Shown piece after piece: positions 1 to 10,350 of a DNA stretch of 64,000 bases (positions are counted from its first letter, which is position 1; each line of letters begins with the position of its first letter). The DNA comes from Candidatus Saccharimonadota bacterium. Lineage in GTDB: Bacteria; Patescibacteriota; Saccharimonadia; Saccharimonadales; UBA4665. Location: the NCBI GenBank assembly GCA_020427965.1, contig JAGQNT010000188.1:708-64707 (forward strand), in the 5' to 3' direction. The position numbers and the translations under genes are program-made. The notes beneath the pieces were generated by a model that saw nothing but the letters and a program-made list of their open reading frames with translations, made no database searches and had not been told where the DNA came from.

Positions 1-438
1 GGCGCCGCCAGAAACAGTGCCAATTAACGTGCCATGGACTGAATGACGCTTGGTCCAGCCATACAGCACCACATAATCAATGAAGGCCACTAAGCCGATC
101 ATTGTTACGAGCATCGTGGTGCCAAGGATCAATATCGCAAAGCCAGTCACGCCTAGCATAGTTGCGTACCACAGTGCCTGTTGGGCGCTGATTGTTCCAT
201 TGGCCAGAGCGCGTTTTTGGGTACGCGCCATTTTTGCGTCAATGCCACGGTCTATGTAATTGTTGAACACACAGGCCGAAGCAATGACAAGCCCGATGCC
301 AATCACGAGATACGCCAGTAGTAGCCAGTCAACATGCCACTGCGTCGCAAACAAGTAACCAGCAAAGGCGGTCAGGACGTTGGTGTAGAGGATGCCTGGT
401 TTGACTAACTGATAGTATTGACGCAGTTTAGAGCCCAT
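1..438 (-). CDS. cyoE: Heme O synthase (protoheme IX farnesyltransferase), 3' end cut by window edge
   Basis: Absent from the ORF track because it runs off the window. My minus-strand translation from ATG 438 reads MGSKLRQYYQLVKPGILYTNVLTAFAGYLF...FNNYIDRGIDAKMARTQKRALA, which is UbiA-prenyltransferase-like. It overlaps the cyoD stop by 11 nt and is last in the cyo operon. Confidence 0.8.
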   Translation of the reverse strand, partial: MGSKLRQYYQLVKPGILYTNVLTAFAGYLFATQWHVDWLLLAYLVIGIGLVIASACVFNNYIDRGIDAKMARTQKRALANGTISAQQALWYATMLGVTGFAILILGTTMLVTMIGLVAFIDYVVLYGWTKRHSVHGTLIGTVSGGA

Positions 439-784
439 CTTGGCTGTGCATATATTCGTTCATTTGCTCGGGAGAAGCCATCATGTTGTAGTTGAGGTTA
501 TTCATAATCCATAGACTGCCAACTACGACAATCACCACAACCAGCAACATAAACCAGAATGTCGCTAGCTTTAGTCGCGGCTTGGGCTCCTGGCCGAGGT
601 GTAGGAAGAAAAACATCTGAACGCCAAACTGTGCGAGTGCCAGCGCGGCAACACTTCCAATCAGTAGGCTGTGTGAAAATTTGTCGTGCTGCACCAGATA
701 AAACGAGGTCAGTGTCAGGAGAATCGACAGCACAAAACCAATGATATACGCATTACGACTACGGGTTAGTTCCAGCTTGCTCAT
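428..784 (-). CDS. cyoD: Cytochrome o ubiquinol oxidase subunit IV
   Basis: Small protein with three TM segments after cyoC. I chose the internal start MSKLELTRS at 784 (ATGA overlap with the cyoC stop) rather than the track start at 853. Confidence 0.8.
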   Translation of the reverse strand: MSKLELTRSRNAYIIGFVLSILLTLTSFYLVQHDKFSHSLLIGSVAALALAQFGVQMFFFLHLGQEPKPRLKLATFWFMLLVVVIVVVGSLWIMNNLNYNMMASPEQMNEYMHSQDGL

Positions 785-1371
785 ACGCCGATGACTCCAA
801 ACAGATATACAATTGTGAAAATAAATATCCAGACCACATCTAGGAAGTGCCAAAACATACCAAATAATGTGAGTTGGCGGAGGGTGTTATTGCCAAGCCC
901 GCGTTTCATGACGCGAATTGCCAATGTAGCTAGCCACAGTAAGCCAACGGTAATGTGCGCCCCGTGCGTCCCAACGAGCGTGAAGAACGACGACAAGAAG
1001 GCGCTTTGCCTCCAGCTGTTGCCCTCAAGTGCCAAATGTCGGAATTCGCTCACTTCGAGTGCCAAGAACGCAGCGCCCAGAATGAAGACGAGTCCGTACA
1101 AGAGCAGCGCCCGGCCGGCATCTTTTCGTCGGGCAGATAGGAGAGCCATGCCAGCAAAGAAGCTACTTGTCAGTAGGATCATGGTTTCCAGTAGCACAAA
1201 GTTTAGGTCAAACAGTCCTGCTGCACCTTCCCCACCGTTCGTGTTAGCGTGGAGTACCGCGTAAGTGGCAAACAGACTCGCAAATAGCACACAGTCGGTC
1301 ATCAAGTAAATCCAGAAGCCCAAGTACGTCTTGCTGTCGTGGTCGACTGTGGCGGAAGCTACGTCGCTCAT
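781..1371 (-). CDS. cyoC: Cytochrome o ubiquinol oxidase subunit III
   Basis: 196 aa heme-copper oxidase subunit III-like protein (FWIYLMTDCVLF, WHFLDVVWIFIF). Position is in the cyoABCD order. Confidence 0.9.
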   Translation of the reverse strand: MSDVASATVDHDSKTYLGFWIYLMTDCVLFASLFATYAVLHANTNGGEGAAGLFDLNFVLLETMILLTSSFFAGMALLSARRKDAGRALLLYGLVFILGAAFLALEVSEFRHLALEGNSWRQSAFLSSFFTLVGTHGAHITVGLLWLATLAIRVMKRGLGNNTLRQLTLFGMFWHFLDVVWIFIFTIVYLFGVIGV

Positions 1372-3338
1372 GCCGTACCCCCTTCTAGGTCCAATTTCTT
1401 CAGGCGATCGGCAGAAATTGTCCGTTCGGTATCGTCAAAGGTAGATCGTACAATAACCGAACCAATTACACCGAGTAGCCCAATAACTGTCAGCCACCAA
1501 ATGTGCCAAACGATGGCGAAGCCGGCTACAAATGCAAAGGCACCGATGATCGGCCCAACACCGCTATTTTTGGGCAGATGAATAGCGCTATACGGACCAC
1601 TGGCGACAGCCTGTTTGTGTTGCTTTGCCTCCCAGAAGGCATCACGTGAGGATACTGCGGGTAATCGGGCAAAATTGTATTCGGGTGAAGGCGAGCTGGT
1701 TGCCCATTCGAGGGTGCGAGCGTTCCACGGATCACCGTCCACACGATTTTCATCGCGCTTCCAAATGCTGTATGCCAGTTGTAACAGCTGGAAACCGACA
1801 CCCGCTAACACAAACGCCACTCCAACTGCTGCCACGATAAACAGCCATTGCCAGCCGAGGCTTGCGTCGTAGTGATCAAGTCGTCTGGTGGCGCCCATGA
1901 GCCCAAGAATGTATAGCGGCGTGAACGCTAACGTAAAACCAATGATCCAGTTGTAGAACGCATAGCGCCCAAGTCGTTCGTTGAGTTTGAATCCAAAAAC
2001 CTTTGGAAACCAATAACTGACGCCCGCAAACATACCAAACAGCACGCCACCAATAATCATAGTGTGAAAATGCGCTACCAGAAATAAGCTGTTGTGTAGC
2101 TGGAAGTCGGCTGGCGGTACGGCCATGACAACACCGGCTACACCACCAATCGTAAAGGTGACAATAAAGCCCATAAACCACAGCATGGGCGTGGCGAACA
2201 GAATACGGCCGCGATACATCGTGAACAGCCAGTTGAATACCTTGACGCCTGTCGGAACTGCAATAATCATGGTCATGATGCCAAAGAACGCATTAACGTC
2301 AGCACCGGCGCCCATGGTGAAGAAGTGGTGCAACCAGACGATGAATGATAGGAAGGTAATGGCCCCAATTGCCCAGACCATTGACGTGTAGCCGAATAAG
2401 CGTTTGCGCGAGAAGGTAGCGACCACTTCGCTGAAGACACCGAAGGCCGGCAGCACGAGGATGTAGACCTCTGGGTGCCCCCAAGCCCAGATGAGATTAA
2501 CGTACATCATGGCATTGCCGCCACCATCGCTTGTAAAGAAATGCATGCCGAGCGTGCGGTCCAAGGCAAGCAGCGCCAACGTCGCGGTCAAGATCGGGAA
2601 TGCGAAGATGACCAGCATCATACTGCCCATGACACTCCAGGCAAAAATGGGCATTTGCATGAGCTTCATACCAGGTGCCCGCATTTTGAAAATTGTTACC
2701 AGGAAGTTAATACCCGACATCAGGCTGCCGACGCCGGCAATTTGCAGTGCCCAGATCCAATAATCAATACCAACGCCCGGACTGTAGGCTAGCTCGGACA
2801 GCGGTGGGTAGGCTAACCAGCCGGCGGCCGAAAATTCACCAATGATTAGCGAGACATTTACCAGCATCATACCAGCCGCAAATAACCAAAAACTGACTGA
2901 GTTCAAAAACGGAAAGGCTACATCACGAGAGCCGAGCATCTGTGGCAAAACGAGATTGATCATGGCAAAGATAAAGCCCATGGCCACGAAAAAGATCATG
3001 ATGGTGCCATGAGCCGAGAAAATCTGCTGGAAGTGGTACGAATCCATGATGCCATCTGACCCAGATGCTGTTGCCTGCTGAGCGCGCAGGAGCAGCACGT
3101 CGGCCAGTCCACGCAGTAGCATCAGTCCGGCGACAACCAGATACATGATGCCGATCTTTTTGTGGTCCAAAGACGTTAGCCATTCGCGCCACAACCAACC
3201 GACTTTCTTGAAGTACAGGAGAGCTGCGGCAGCACCAAGGCCAACGACAAGCATTGAGATGACGCCACCAAGTGTAATTGCGTCACGCGGTATCGCGTCT
3301 AGGCTGAGTTTGCCAAGTAGGCTCGCAAAAAACATCAT
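1368..3338 (-). CDS. cyoB: Cytochrome o ubiquinol oxidase subunit I
   Basis: 656 aa with heme-copper oxidase subunit I signatures (WAWGHPEVYILVLPAFG, HFHTMIIGG, WLHHFFTMG). Confidence 0.95.
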   Translation of the reverse strand: MMFFASLLGKLSLDAIPRDAITLGGVISMLVVGLGAAAALLYFKKVGWLWREWLTSLDHKKIGIMYLVVAGLMLLRGLADVLLLRAQQATASGSDGIMDSYHFQQIFSAHGTIMIFFVAMGFIFAMINLVLPQMLGSRDVAFPFLNSVSFWLFAAGMMLVNVSLIIGEFSAAGWLAYPPLSELAYSPGVGIDYWIWALQIAGVGSLMSGINFLVTIFKMRAPGMKLMQMPIFAWSVMGSMMLVIFAFPILTATLALLALDRTLGMHFFTSDGGGNAMMYVNLIWAWGHPEVYILVLPAFGVFSEVVATFSRKRLFGYTSMVWAIGAITFLSFIVWLHHFFTMGAGADVNAFFGIMTMIIAVPTGVKVFNWLFTMYRGRILFATPMLWFMGFIVTFTIGGVAGVVMAVPPADFQLHNSLFLVAHFHTMIIGGVLFGMFAGVSYWFPKVFGFKLNERLGRYAFYNWIIGFTLAFTPLYILGLMGATRRLDHYDASLGWQWLFIVAAVGVAFVLAGVGFQLLQLAYSIWKRDENRVDGDPWNARTLEWATSSPSPEYNFARLPAVSSRDAFWEAKQHKQAVASGPYSAIHLPKNSGVGPIIGAFAFVAGFAIVWHIWWLTVIGLLGVIGSVIVRSTFDDTERTISADRLKKLDLEGGTA

Positions 3339-4237
3339 GTGCCCAAACTCCCGTCAGGCTGCTCCATGGCGGCCATGCTATGTGAATGCCCCATAAACTT
3401 AGAGTGTATCAGACTGAATAAATCGGCCTGGGTCGCACCGTAGAGCTGCGTATCTGTATTGCGGCTGGGCTTTGCGAGCTGTTCGTAGGAGTCAAACGTA
3501 AGGAATCGGGGTGACTGCTGCACGGCCGCCAGCCAGTCGTAAAACGCTGTAGAGCTGTCGGCCCGTACATCGAAATGCATGTCAGAAAAACCCTTGCCGC
3601 TAATATTGGCAGAGGTACCGTAATAATCACCTACGTTGTCGGCCTGGAGATGCAGCTTGGTAACCATCCCAGCCATGGCATACACCTGGCCACCAAGTTG
3701 CGGTATCCAAAACGAATTCATGGGCGCATCAGCAGTAATTTCGAAATTTACTGGTTGCCCCACGGGTATTTGCAAGTGATTGACACTAGCAACGCCTAGA
3801 TCAGGGTAGATAAATAGCCATCGCCATTGCAGTGCGATTACCTGCACCCGGAGTGGTGTAGCGGTGCTAGCCAGTGGACGGTACGGGTCTAGATCGTGGC
3901 TACTGTTCCAGGTAACGACTGATAGGATCAGAATAAGTATGGTTGGCACCAGCCACCAAATCGTTTCAATGCCGCGATGATGATCCCAGTTGGGTTGGTA
4001 CGTAGCATGATTACCCTCACGGTACTTGTAGGCAAACAAAAATAGCATTACGAACACCGGTATGACGACAATCAATGAAAGCCCAAAGGCGAAATAGATG
4101 AGATTTCGTTCCTTCAGCCCGATGATGCCTTGCGGTTCCAAGACCGGAACATTGGCGTAGTGGATTACTACTGCGAAGATGCCAACGACGACTGCTATCC
4201 CAAGCAGCACCAGCAGCCAGGCTCGCTTAGTCGTCAT
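3335..4237 (-). CDS. cyoA: Cytochrome o ubiquinol oxidase subunit II
   Basis: Two N-terminal TM helices plus a cupredoxin-like domain (ALQWRWLFIYP, SFWIPQLGGQ). Start set at MTTKRAWLL (4237), not the track start at 4303. Confidence 0.9.
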   Translation of the reverse strand: MTTKRAWLLVLLGIAVVVGIFAVVIHYANVPVLEPQGIIGLKERNLIYFAFGLSLIVVIPVFVMLFLFAYKYREGNHATYQPNWDHHRGIETIWWLVPTILILILSVVTWNSSHDLDPYRPLASTATPLRVQVIALQWRWLFIYPDLGVASVNHLQIPVGQPVNFEITADAPMNSFWIPQLGGQVYAMAGMVTKLHLQADNVGDYYGTSANISGKGFSDMHFDVRADSSTAFYDWLAAVQQSPRFLTFDSYEQLAKPSRNTDTQLYGATQADLFSLIHSKFMGHSHSMAAMEQPDGSLGT

Positions 4238-4309
4238 GACCTGCCTGATGGTAGCGTTTGTCTTGCTTAAACACCTGGTCCATATCTGGAGCCAGTATAG
4301 CACTTATGG

Positions 4310-5314
4310 TTAGGCGTCTGCCATCGGCAGTTCAATGTTCGCGGTTGTGCCCTTGCCTACCTCGCTGGTGATCGTAATACTGCCGCCATGAACGTCAGCA
4401 ATCAGCTTGGCGATGGACAAACCCAGGCCGTAGCCTGAGGTATCGTTACGGGTCCGTGCCGCATCTGCCCGATAGAAACGGTCGAAGACATGATCGAGTG
4501 CAGCCGGTTCTATGCCGATGCCCGTATCTGTAACGGCTACTTTCACGCTGCCCTTTTCCTGGGCGCTACTGATGTTGATCGTGGCCTTGTCATCACTGTA
4601 TTTAATGGCATTGTCGAGCAAAATTGTCATGAGCTGCGTCAAGCTGGTCCTGTCCCCCCGGGTAGTTGCGGGCTTGACGGTGTTTTTGATTGTAATCTTT
4701 TTGTCTTTGGCGCGCTGTGTCACGTCAGTGACGGCATCAGTCACAATGGTTGCGATGTCCATGTCTGTAAATTGCTCCGCAAGCTCACTCGCTTCCAGTC
4801 TGGTCAGTTTAAACAAGTTATTAATGAGTGATTCTAGTTTGACAGCTTCTTCCAGGTTACTGGCGAGCGTGTCACGGAGACTCGCCTTGCTGGCCGCGGT
4901 ATCCATAAGGGCGACCTCGGTATCCATCTTGAGAGCAGTGAGTGGTGTGCGTAGTTCGTGAGAGACATCAGCAGTAAAGCGTTGCTGTTGACGATGGGAC
5001 TCTTCAATAGGTCGAAGCGTCTGTCGGGCCAGCAAAAAGCTCGCAAAACCACCAAAAACCAGCACGATCAGGTTGAATTCTACCAAATTAACCAAAATAC
5101 GATGAGCCGCCCGGCTTGAATCCCAATCTGGCTTGAGTGCTGGGTCGAAGTCAAAGCCAGGATACTCGTCGATAACTCGTTGTGATTGATTAGTTAGGCC
5201 ACGGTGTACTTCGTGAATTGCGAATTGATAGATGGCCGCGCTAAACATCAGACAAATAGCGCAGATAATCGCCATGTAGTAAAACGTTAATTTTATGGTG
5301 GCAGATTTAAACAT
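4310..5314 (-). CDS. Membrane sensor histidine kinase
   Basis: Two TM segments, H-box FTADVSHELRTPL, and an HATPase_c G-boxes region (DTGIGI, GYGLGLSI). Confidence 0.9.
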   Translation of the reverse strand: MFKSATIKLTFYYMAIICAICLMFSAAIYQFAIHEVHRGLTNQSQRVIDEYPGFDFDPALKPDWDSSRAAHRILVNLVEFNLIVLVFGGFASFLLARQTLRPIEESHRQQQRFTADVSHELRTPLTALKMDTEVALMDTAASKASLRDTLASNLEEAVKLESLINNLFKLTRLEASELAEQFTDMDIATIVTDAVTDVTQRAKDKKITIKNTVKPATTRGDRTSLTQLMTILLDNAIKYSDDKATINISSAQEKGSVKVAVTDTGIGIEPAALDHVFDRFYRADAARTRNDTSGYGLGLSIAKLIADVHGGSITITSEVGKGTTANIELPMADA

Positions 5315-5315
5315 G

Positions 5316-5996
5316 TTAGGCGGCCGCTAATTTGTACCCAAAGCCTCGGACGGTCTGCAGTAATGACGGCCTGTCATTAAAAGGTCGGTCGATTTTGTTA
5401 CGCAAATATCCGACATACACTTCGACAGTGTTAGGTAAGATGTCAGAATCCTCGTTCCAAACATGACTAATAATCATATCCTTGGTGATAACTTGGCCCT
5501 GGTGATGCATAAAATATTCCAACAAGGCAAATTCGCGCTGTGACAAATGGATTGGTTGGCCATCACGGCTGACTTCGTAGTTATTTGTGTCTAGCTTGAG
5601 ACCTTCCAGATTTAGTACGCTGCCGGTGTGTTGTTTTGGTCGACGGAGCAGTGCTTTGATGCGAGCCGTCAGTTCGTCGAACGAAAATGGCTTGACTAGG
5701 TAGTCGTCTGCACCACTATTAAGCCCCTCGACCTTGTCGCCAATAGTGCCCCTGGCGGTTAGCATTAGAATGGGAACAGAGACATTTTGCTCTCTGACTT
5801 TTTGTGCCAACTCAGCTCCCTCCATGCTGCCGGGAAGCATACGATCCAAAATGACCGCATCGTAGTCATCGTCCACAGCGTAGCTGTAGCCCGTGTCCGA
5901 ATCGTGTACGGCATCGACTGCAAAACCTTTCATCTCTAGGCCTCGCTTGATGGCGGCGGCAATTTTTTGATCGTCCTCTATAACTAATATTCTCAT
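5316..5996 (-). CDS. OmpR/PhoB-type response regulator
   Basis: Receiver domain (MRILVIEDD...DAVILDRMLPG...LTAR) plus a winged-helix C-terminus (LSQREFALLEYF, VRGFGYKL). Confidence 0.9.
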   Translation of the reverse strand: MRILVIEDDQKIAAAIKRGLEMKGFAVDAVHDSDTGYSYAVDDDYDAVILDRMLPGSMEGAELAQKVREQNVSVPILMLTARGTIGDKVEGLNSGADDYLVKPFSFDELTARIKALLRRPKQHTGSVLNLEGLKLDTNNYEVSRDGQPIHLSQREFALLEYFMHHQGQVITKDMIISHVWNEDSDILPNTVEVYVGYLRNKIDRPFNDRPSLLQTVRGFGYKLAAA

Positions 5997-6104
5997 GCCT
6001 CCTAGTATAGTGGTTTGGCTGGTATTTTGCTGTGAATTCTGAGAATTTTTGGGCGCGTAATGAATATTGCAATATCAGGGACGGCGTGTACAATCATAAG
6101 CATC

Positions 6105-6527
6105 ATGGGTCGCTCAAAATCAACATTTCGCCAACGCGGTGATACGATCGTAGAAGTCCTTATTTCCCTGCTGATTATTTCATCAATCTTGGCTGGTGCC
6201 TTTGTCTTGTCAAGGACGAGTAGTCGCAATGTGCGTGATTCCGAGGAGCATTCACAGGCACTAGGTCTGCTTCAGGGTCAGGTCGAGCTCTTGCGCACAG
6301 CAGCAGAAGTCACCGGTGGTCTCAACGGCCATCCTGCTACTTTTTGTATGAATTCAGATGCGCAACCTGTCAATAATGGCACGTGTCTAGTGAATAATCG
6401 TTATCAACTGGCCATTACTTCTGACGGGGCTACGCCAACCAGCACCTTTACCTTCAAGGTAACGTGGGATCGCCTGGGTGGTGGTACCAGTGCAGAAAGT
6501 TTTGTCTACCGCGTCGCTGTCAACTAG
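6105..6527 (+). CDS. Prepilin-type (type IV pilin/pseudopilin-like) protein
   Basis: Class III signal MGRSKSTFRQRG|DTIVEVLISLLIISSILAGAF, with G at -1, E at +5 and a hydrophobic helix. Start moved to ATG 6105. Confidence 0.65.
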   Translation: MGRSKSTFRQRGDTIVEVLISLLIISSILAGAFVLSRTSSRNVRDSEEHSQALGLLQGQVELLRTAAEVTGGLNGHPATFCMNSDAQPVNNGTCLVNNRYQLAITSDGATPTSTFTFKVTWDRLGGGTSAESFVYRVAVN

Positions 6528-7531
6528 CCGTTGTTGGCTTTTCGTTTTGATCGTTCTATGGCCATTTGGGACAACTTGCGTCGTTGCGCGGGTTGCTTGC
6601 GTGCGTTGTGTATAGTGCGCGCAAATTCCCGCTCCGCTTCGCTGTCTGCGTAGCGGGCAATGGGGTCATTGAGTAAGATTGACGTCTTGTTCTCTTGTTC
6701 GTCAACATCTTTGAGGAGCGTGATTGCGTAGTGTTCTAGGAGCCACTCGCGACCAGGTGCGGTCTCACCGATGGCGGTCAAATGCCAGATGTTTTGACCA
6801 GCCTCAGTAGTTTTCATGGTCGTTAGTGGACTCACTACCATTAATGGACCACTTGGCAAACGCAAATTGGCTCGCTCTACCAGCTGTTTGCCTTTTTCTA
6901 GGTCGGTTACGAAGAGCTCTATGGCCATCGTACGGATGCCCTTGGGCGAGATTCTAACAGCCTGGATACTTTGGTTATTGATCCAAATAACTTCACCGTT
7001 GAGTCCTCGCACTCTGGTGCTGCGTAGCGTGACCCGTTCGACGACACCCTGCAGGTCGGCAAACGGCTCAACTCGAATGTGATCACCAACACCGAACCAA
7101 TGTTCGGCCATCATGACACTGCCAGAGGCTAAGTCACGGAGTAATGGGCTCAGGGCTCCGGCTAAAACGATTGCCACCACCGCGCTGGCGCCGATAATGG
7201 CAGTGGGCTGCTGGGTGGGGTGGACAAAAATCCACCAGAAGTAGATCGCAAAGGCAATCAGTAGCGTTCTGAGTACCGCTATTGAGAGTACGATGAGTGT
7301 TTCGATGCGGCGTAGACTGTTGACACGCTGGAGACTGGTGCTGCGATCGGCCTGTTTACTGATAGTTTTAGTGAGACGACGTAGAATAGTAGCCAGAAAA
7401 CGACCGGCGAAATACGCAAAACCGACGGCAATGATCAACACAAACAACGATCGAAAGTTGAATATGTTATTAATAACGGTTTCGAAGGTACTTTGCGAGT
7501 GCTCAATAGTGTTATCGATGGTTGCGAACAA
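6524..7531 (-). CDS. MscS-family mechanosensitive channel
   Basis: Three TM segments followed by an MscS beta-domain-like stretch (VGDHIRVEP...GVVERVTLRSTRVRGLNGEVIWINNQSI). Confidence 0.75.
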   Translation of the reverse strand: MFATIDNTIEHSQSTFETVINNIFNFRSLFVLIIAVGFAYFAGRFLATILRRLTKTISKQADRSTSLQRVNSLRRIETLIVLSIAVLRTLLIAFAIYFWWIFVHPTQQPTAIIGASAVVAIVLAGALSPLLRDLASGSVMMAEHWFGVGDHIRVEPFADLQGVVERVTLRSTRVRGLNGEVIWINNQSIQAVRISPKGIRTMAIELFVTDLEKGKQLVERANLRLPSGPLMVVSPLTTMKTTEAGQNIWHLTAIGETAPGREWLLEHYAITLLKDVDEQENKTSILLNDPIARYADSEAEREFARTIHNARKQPAQRRKLSQMAIERSKRKANNG

Positions 7532-7655
7532 GGAAGACTCCTGCGAATTACATGAATTGTGTCAACACCAGAATATACGAATTACCGAAGAAAATCGAGA
7601 GTTGATCTCATGAGATTTTCAGGTTGCTGTAGTATAATTGAGCGAATACCACAAT

Positions 7656-9143
7656 ATGCGTAAAAAGTCCTCAAAGAAGTTAGCAATGGATGCCACCGTG
7701 CCCTCACGGGGCTATGTTGGGGTATCTCGTCGAGATTCATTTCCGGACGTTGGGCGGACGCTTTCAACCTACCGCTATGATGCTTTTCAGCACAAGCCGG
7801 CTAAAAAACTAAAGAAACGTCGCTGGACAAAAAAGAAAATTGGTATCCTCATCGCCCTGCCCTTCATCTTGGTCGGCTTGTGGCTGGGCATTAAGTTTGC
7901 CTACAACGCCTCAAAGATATTCAACGGCAATTTGTTTGGTATTTTTACAACCACCAAGCTCAAGGGTGAGGATCAGGGTCGAGTTAATATTCTAATGGCC
8001 GGCAACAGTGCTGACGACGTTGGACATAACGGGGCGACATTGACCGACTCCATCATGATCGTTAGCATCGACACGGTTCATAACACTGCGGTTATGTTGA
8101 GCGTGCCACGCGACCTATACGTGAATATCCCCGGCTATGGTCATGCCAAGATTAACGAAGCCTATGTTGATGGTGAGCGTGGTGACTTCAGTGAGTCGGG
8201 CTATGCCAAAGGTGGAATGGGGCTGCTACAGAAGACCATTTACGAATCACTTGGGATCAAGACCCATTACTACGCACTCGTTAACTACACGGCCTTCAAA
8301 GATGCAGTAGACGCCGTTGGCGGCATCGACGTCACTATCAATAGTTCGAACAGTCGGGGGCTCTATGATCCCAGCAAGGACTGGTCAACCGGTGGACCAC
8401 TGGTGAATTTATCAAACGGCACGCACCACCTGACTGGTCATCAGGCTCTTAATTTGTCCCGTGCTCGTGGCGACGCCTATGGTTCATACGGCTTTGCCAA
8501 TAGTGATTTTACCCGCACCTCCAACCAGCGTATGATGCTCCTTGCTTTAAAGAAAAAAGCACTTTCTGGTGGTACGCTCGCCAACCCTGCCAAACTCAGT
8601 AGTCTTGCTGATGCACTAGGTAAAAACGTTCGTACCGATTTCCAGATCAGTGAACTCCGTAGGCTGTACGACATTATGAAGCATATCAATAACGGCAATA
8701 TTAAATCCTACGGTCTCAACGACATCAATGGCACCAACTACTTGGCCAGCTACCGCAACTCGCGTGGCCAGTCAACGCTGATACCGGCTGCTGGTCTGGA
8801 TAATTTCACGCAGATACAGCAGGTTATTCGTCGGCTCACCAGTAATAACCCGCTGGTTCGCGAGGACGCTATGATCGTTGTACTCAATGCTACTGACACT
8901 AATGGCGTGGCGTCAGAGAATCAATCACTGCTGATCAGTCGTGGTATGAGCGTCACCAATATTGCCGACGCATCATCCACACAGGCTACGAGCCAAATTA
9001 TCGACGCCTCCAGTGGTAAAAAGCCTAAAACCTTGGCGGCGCTCGAGAAGATATACGGTAACAATGTACTGACTTCAAACCCGTATGCCAGCCGCTACCC
9101 CGATGCTGATTTCATCATTCTGGTCGGTCAAGACAAAGTCTAA
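7656..9143 (+). CDS. LytR-CpsA-Psr (LCP) family cell-envelope phosphotransferase
   Basis: N-terminal TM then an LCP core (VNILMAGNSADD...TDSIMIVSID...LSVPRDLYVNIPGYGHAKINEAY). ATG 7656 is preferred over TTG 7638, but the start is uncertain. Confidence 0.85.
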   Translation: MRKKSSKKLAMDATVPSRGYVGVSRRDSFPDVGRTLSTYRYDAFQHKPAKKLKKRRWTKKKIGILIALPFILVGLWLGIKFAYNASKIFNGNLFGIFTTTKLKGEDQGRVNILMAGNSADDVGHNGATLTDSIMIVSIDTVHNTAVMLSVPRDLYVNIPGYGHAKINEAYVDGERGDFSESGYAKGGMGLLQKTIYESLGIKTHYYALVNYTAFKDAVDAVGGIDVTINSSNSRGLYDPSKDWSTGGPLVNLSNGTHHLTGHQALNLSRARGDAYGSYGFANSDFTRTSNQRMMLLALKKKALSGGTLANPAKLSSLADALGKNVRTDFQISELRRLYDIMKHINNGNIKSYGLNDINGTNYLASYRNSRGQSTLIPAAGLDNFTQIQQVIRRLTSNNPLVREDAMIVVLNATDTNGVASENQSLLISRGMSVTNIADASSTQATSQIIDASSGKKPKTLAALEKIYGNNVLTSNPYASRYPDADFIILVGQDKV

Positions 9144-9201
9144 TTGATAAGCCCCAGTCGCATTCGCATGTTCTCAGCAAGCGGTGTACACTTTATATAC
9201 C

Positions 9202-9885
9202 ATGAACAGTGACGTAGCATCAGTCGAGCAGTCATTTTTCAGTAACTATCCGGCCAAAGAATTTCAAAAGGGCGAGATAGTCGTCTTTCAGGGTGAAGCG
9301 CCCCGCTACACATACGTTGTCAAAGAAGGTGTTGTCAAATCGTATAATCTGAGTGTCAATGGCGACGAGAAGCCAGTTAGTTTTTATGACCAAGGCAGCG
9401 CTTTTCCAGTGCCCTGGACCTTCGGTAAGGCCCCGAGCTCGTTCTACTACTTTGAAGCTTTTACAGATGCAAAACTCTATTGTGTGCCACGTGAAGCCTA
9501 TCTACAGTTCGTCCAGCAGCATCCGAGCGTCATGTATCGCTTACTAGAATCATTTGTCATCGAGCATATTGGCAACACGATGCGGCTCAACGCGCTGCAA
9601 CATTCTCGGGCGAGCGACAAACTACTCTACACGCTCCATTACTTGACGATGACGCATAGCCGGCCAATTGGTCCACGCCAGGTCGAAATCACACTGAGCC
9701 TGACGCACCAAGATTTCGCTAACTTGACGGGACTGACGCGCGAAACCACTGCCACGGAACTCAACAAACTGAAAACACAAGGCGTCATCAGCTATGGCAA
9801 GCAAACGTTATACAAGGTCAAACTGGACAAGTTGCATGATGTTATCAACGACCAATTCTTGGCCGATATGGAGATGACGCCCTAG
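9202..9885 (+). CDS. Crp/Fnr family transcriptional regulator
   Basis: cNMP-binding-like beta barrel plus a C-terminal HTH (THQDFANLTGLTRETTATELNKLKTQGVI). Confidence 0.8.
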   Translation: MNSDVASVEQSFFSNYPAKEFQKGEIVVFQGEAPRYTYVVKEGVVKSYNLSVNGDEKPVSFYDQGSAFPVPWTFGKAPSSFYYFEAFTDAKLYCVPREAYLQFVQQHPSVMYRLLESFVIEHIGNTMRLNALQHSRASDKLLYTLHYLTMTHSRPIGPRQVEITLSLTHQDFANLTGLTRETTATELNKLKTQGVISYGKQTLYKVKLDKLHDVINDQFLADMEMTP

Positions 9886-10266
9886 TTAGGCGTTTACGTG
9901 ATTGCCCTCCAGGGCTTCGTTAATAACGTGAGTGAGGTTCTGCGGAGCCGTCCAGGACTTGATGATACAACGGTGCGCGCCGAGGCTGTAGGCTTCGTTC
10001 ACTTCGGGAGAGTTTTCCATATTGGTGAAAATAAGAACTTTGGTACCCTTGTGCTTGTCTAGGTCATATTTCTGCAAAAATTCCAGGCCGCCCATAACAG
10101 GCATCAAGAGGTCGAGTAGTATTAGCTCAGGTTCAAAATCTTTGAGTGCTTGCAGTGCTTCTTTGCCGTTAAAAACCGACGCGACTGCGTGTCCGTCGTG
10201 CTCCAGGATGATTGAGTATGCATTATTAAGATCTTTATCGTCTTCGACCACCAAAATATTAGCCAT
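9886..10266 (-). CDS. Single-domain (CheY-like) response regulator
   Basis: 126 aa, receiver domain only (MANILVVEDD...LILLDLLMP...FTNM...K). Confidence 0.85.
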   Translation of the reverse strand: MANILVVEDDKDLNNAYSIILEHDGHAVASVFNGKEALQALKDFEPELILLDLLMPVMGGLEFLQKYDLDKHKGTKVLIFTNMENSPEVNEAYSLGAHRCIIKSWTAPQNLTHVINEALEGNHVNA

Positions 10267-10350
10267 CAGTCCCCCGATTACATCGTTGTTACATGCTTAC
10301 TTATTAGTTGTATCACATTTTTTACCATATGCTGTAGGATTTTTAACGGC

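Noticed and set aside
1339-3396. Numerous 60-105-aa ORFs on both strands inside cyoB/cyoC, and likewise inside most long genes in the track.
   Set aside because: They are nested in or antisense to genes with unmistakable family signatures, and there is no independent support for them.
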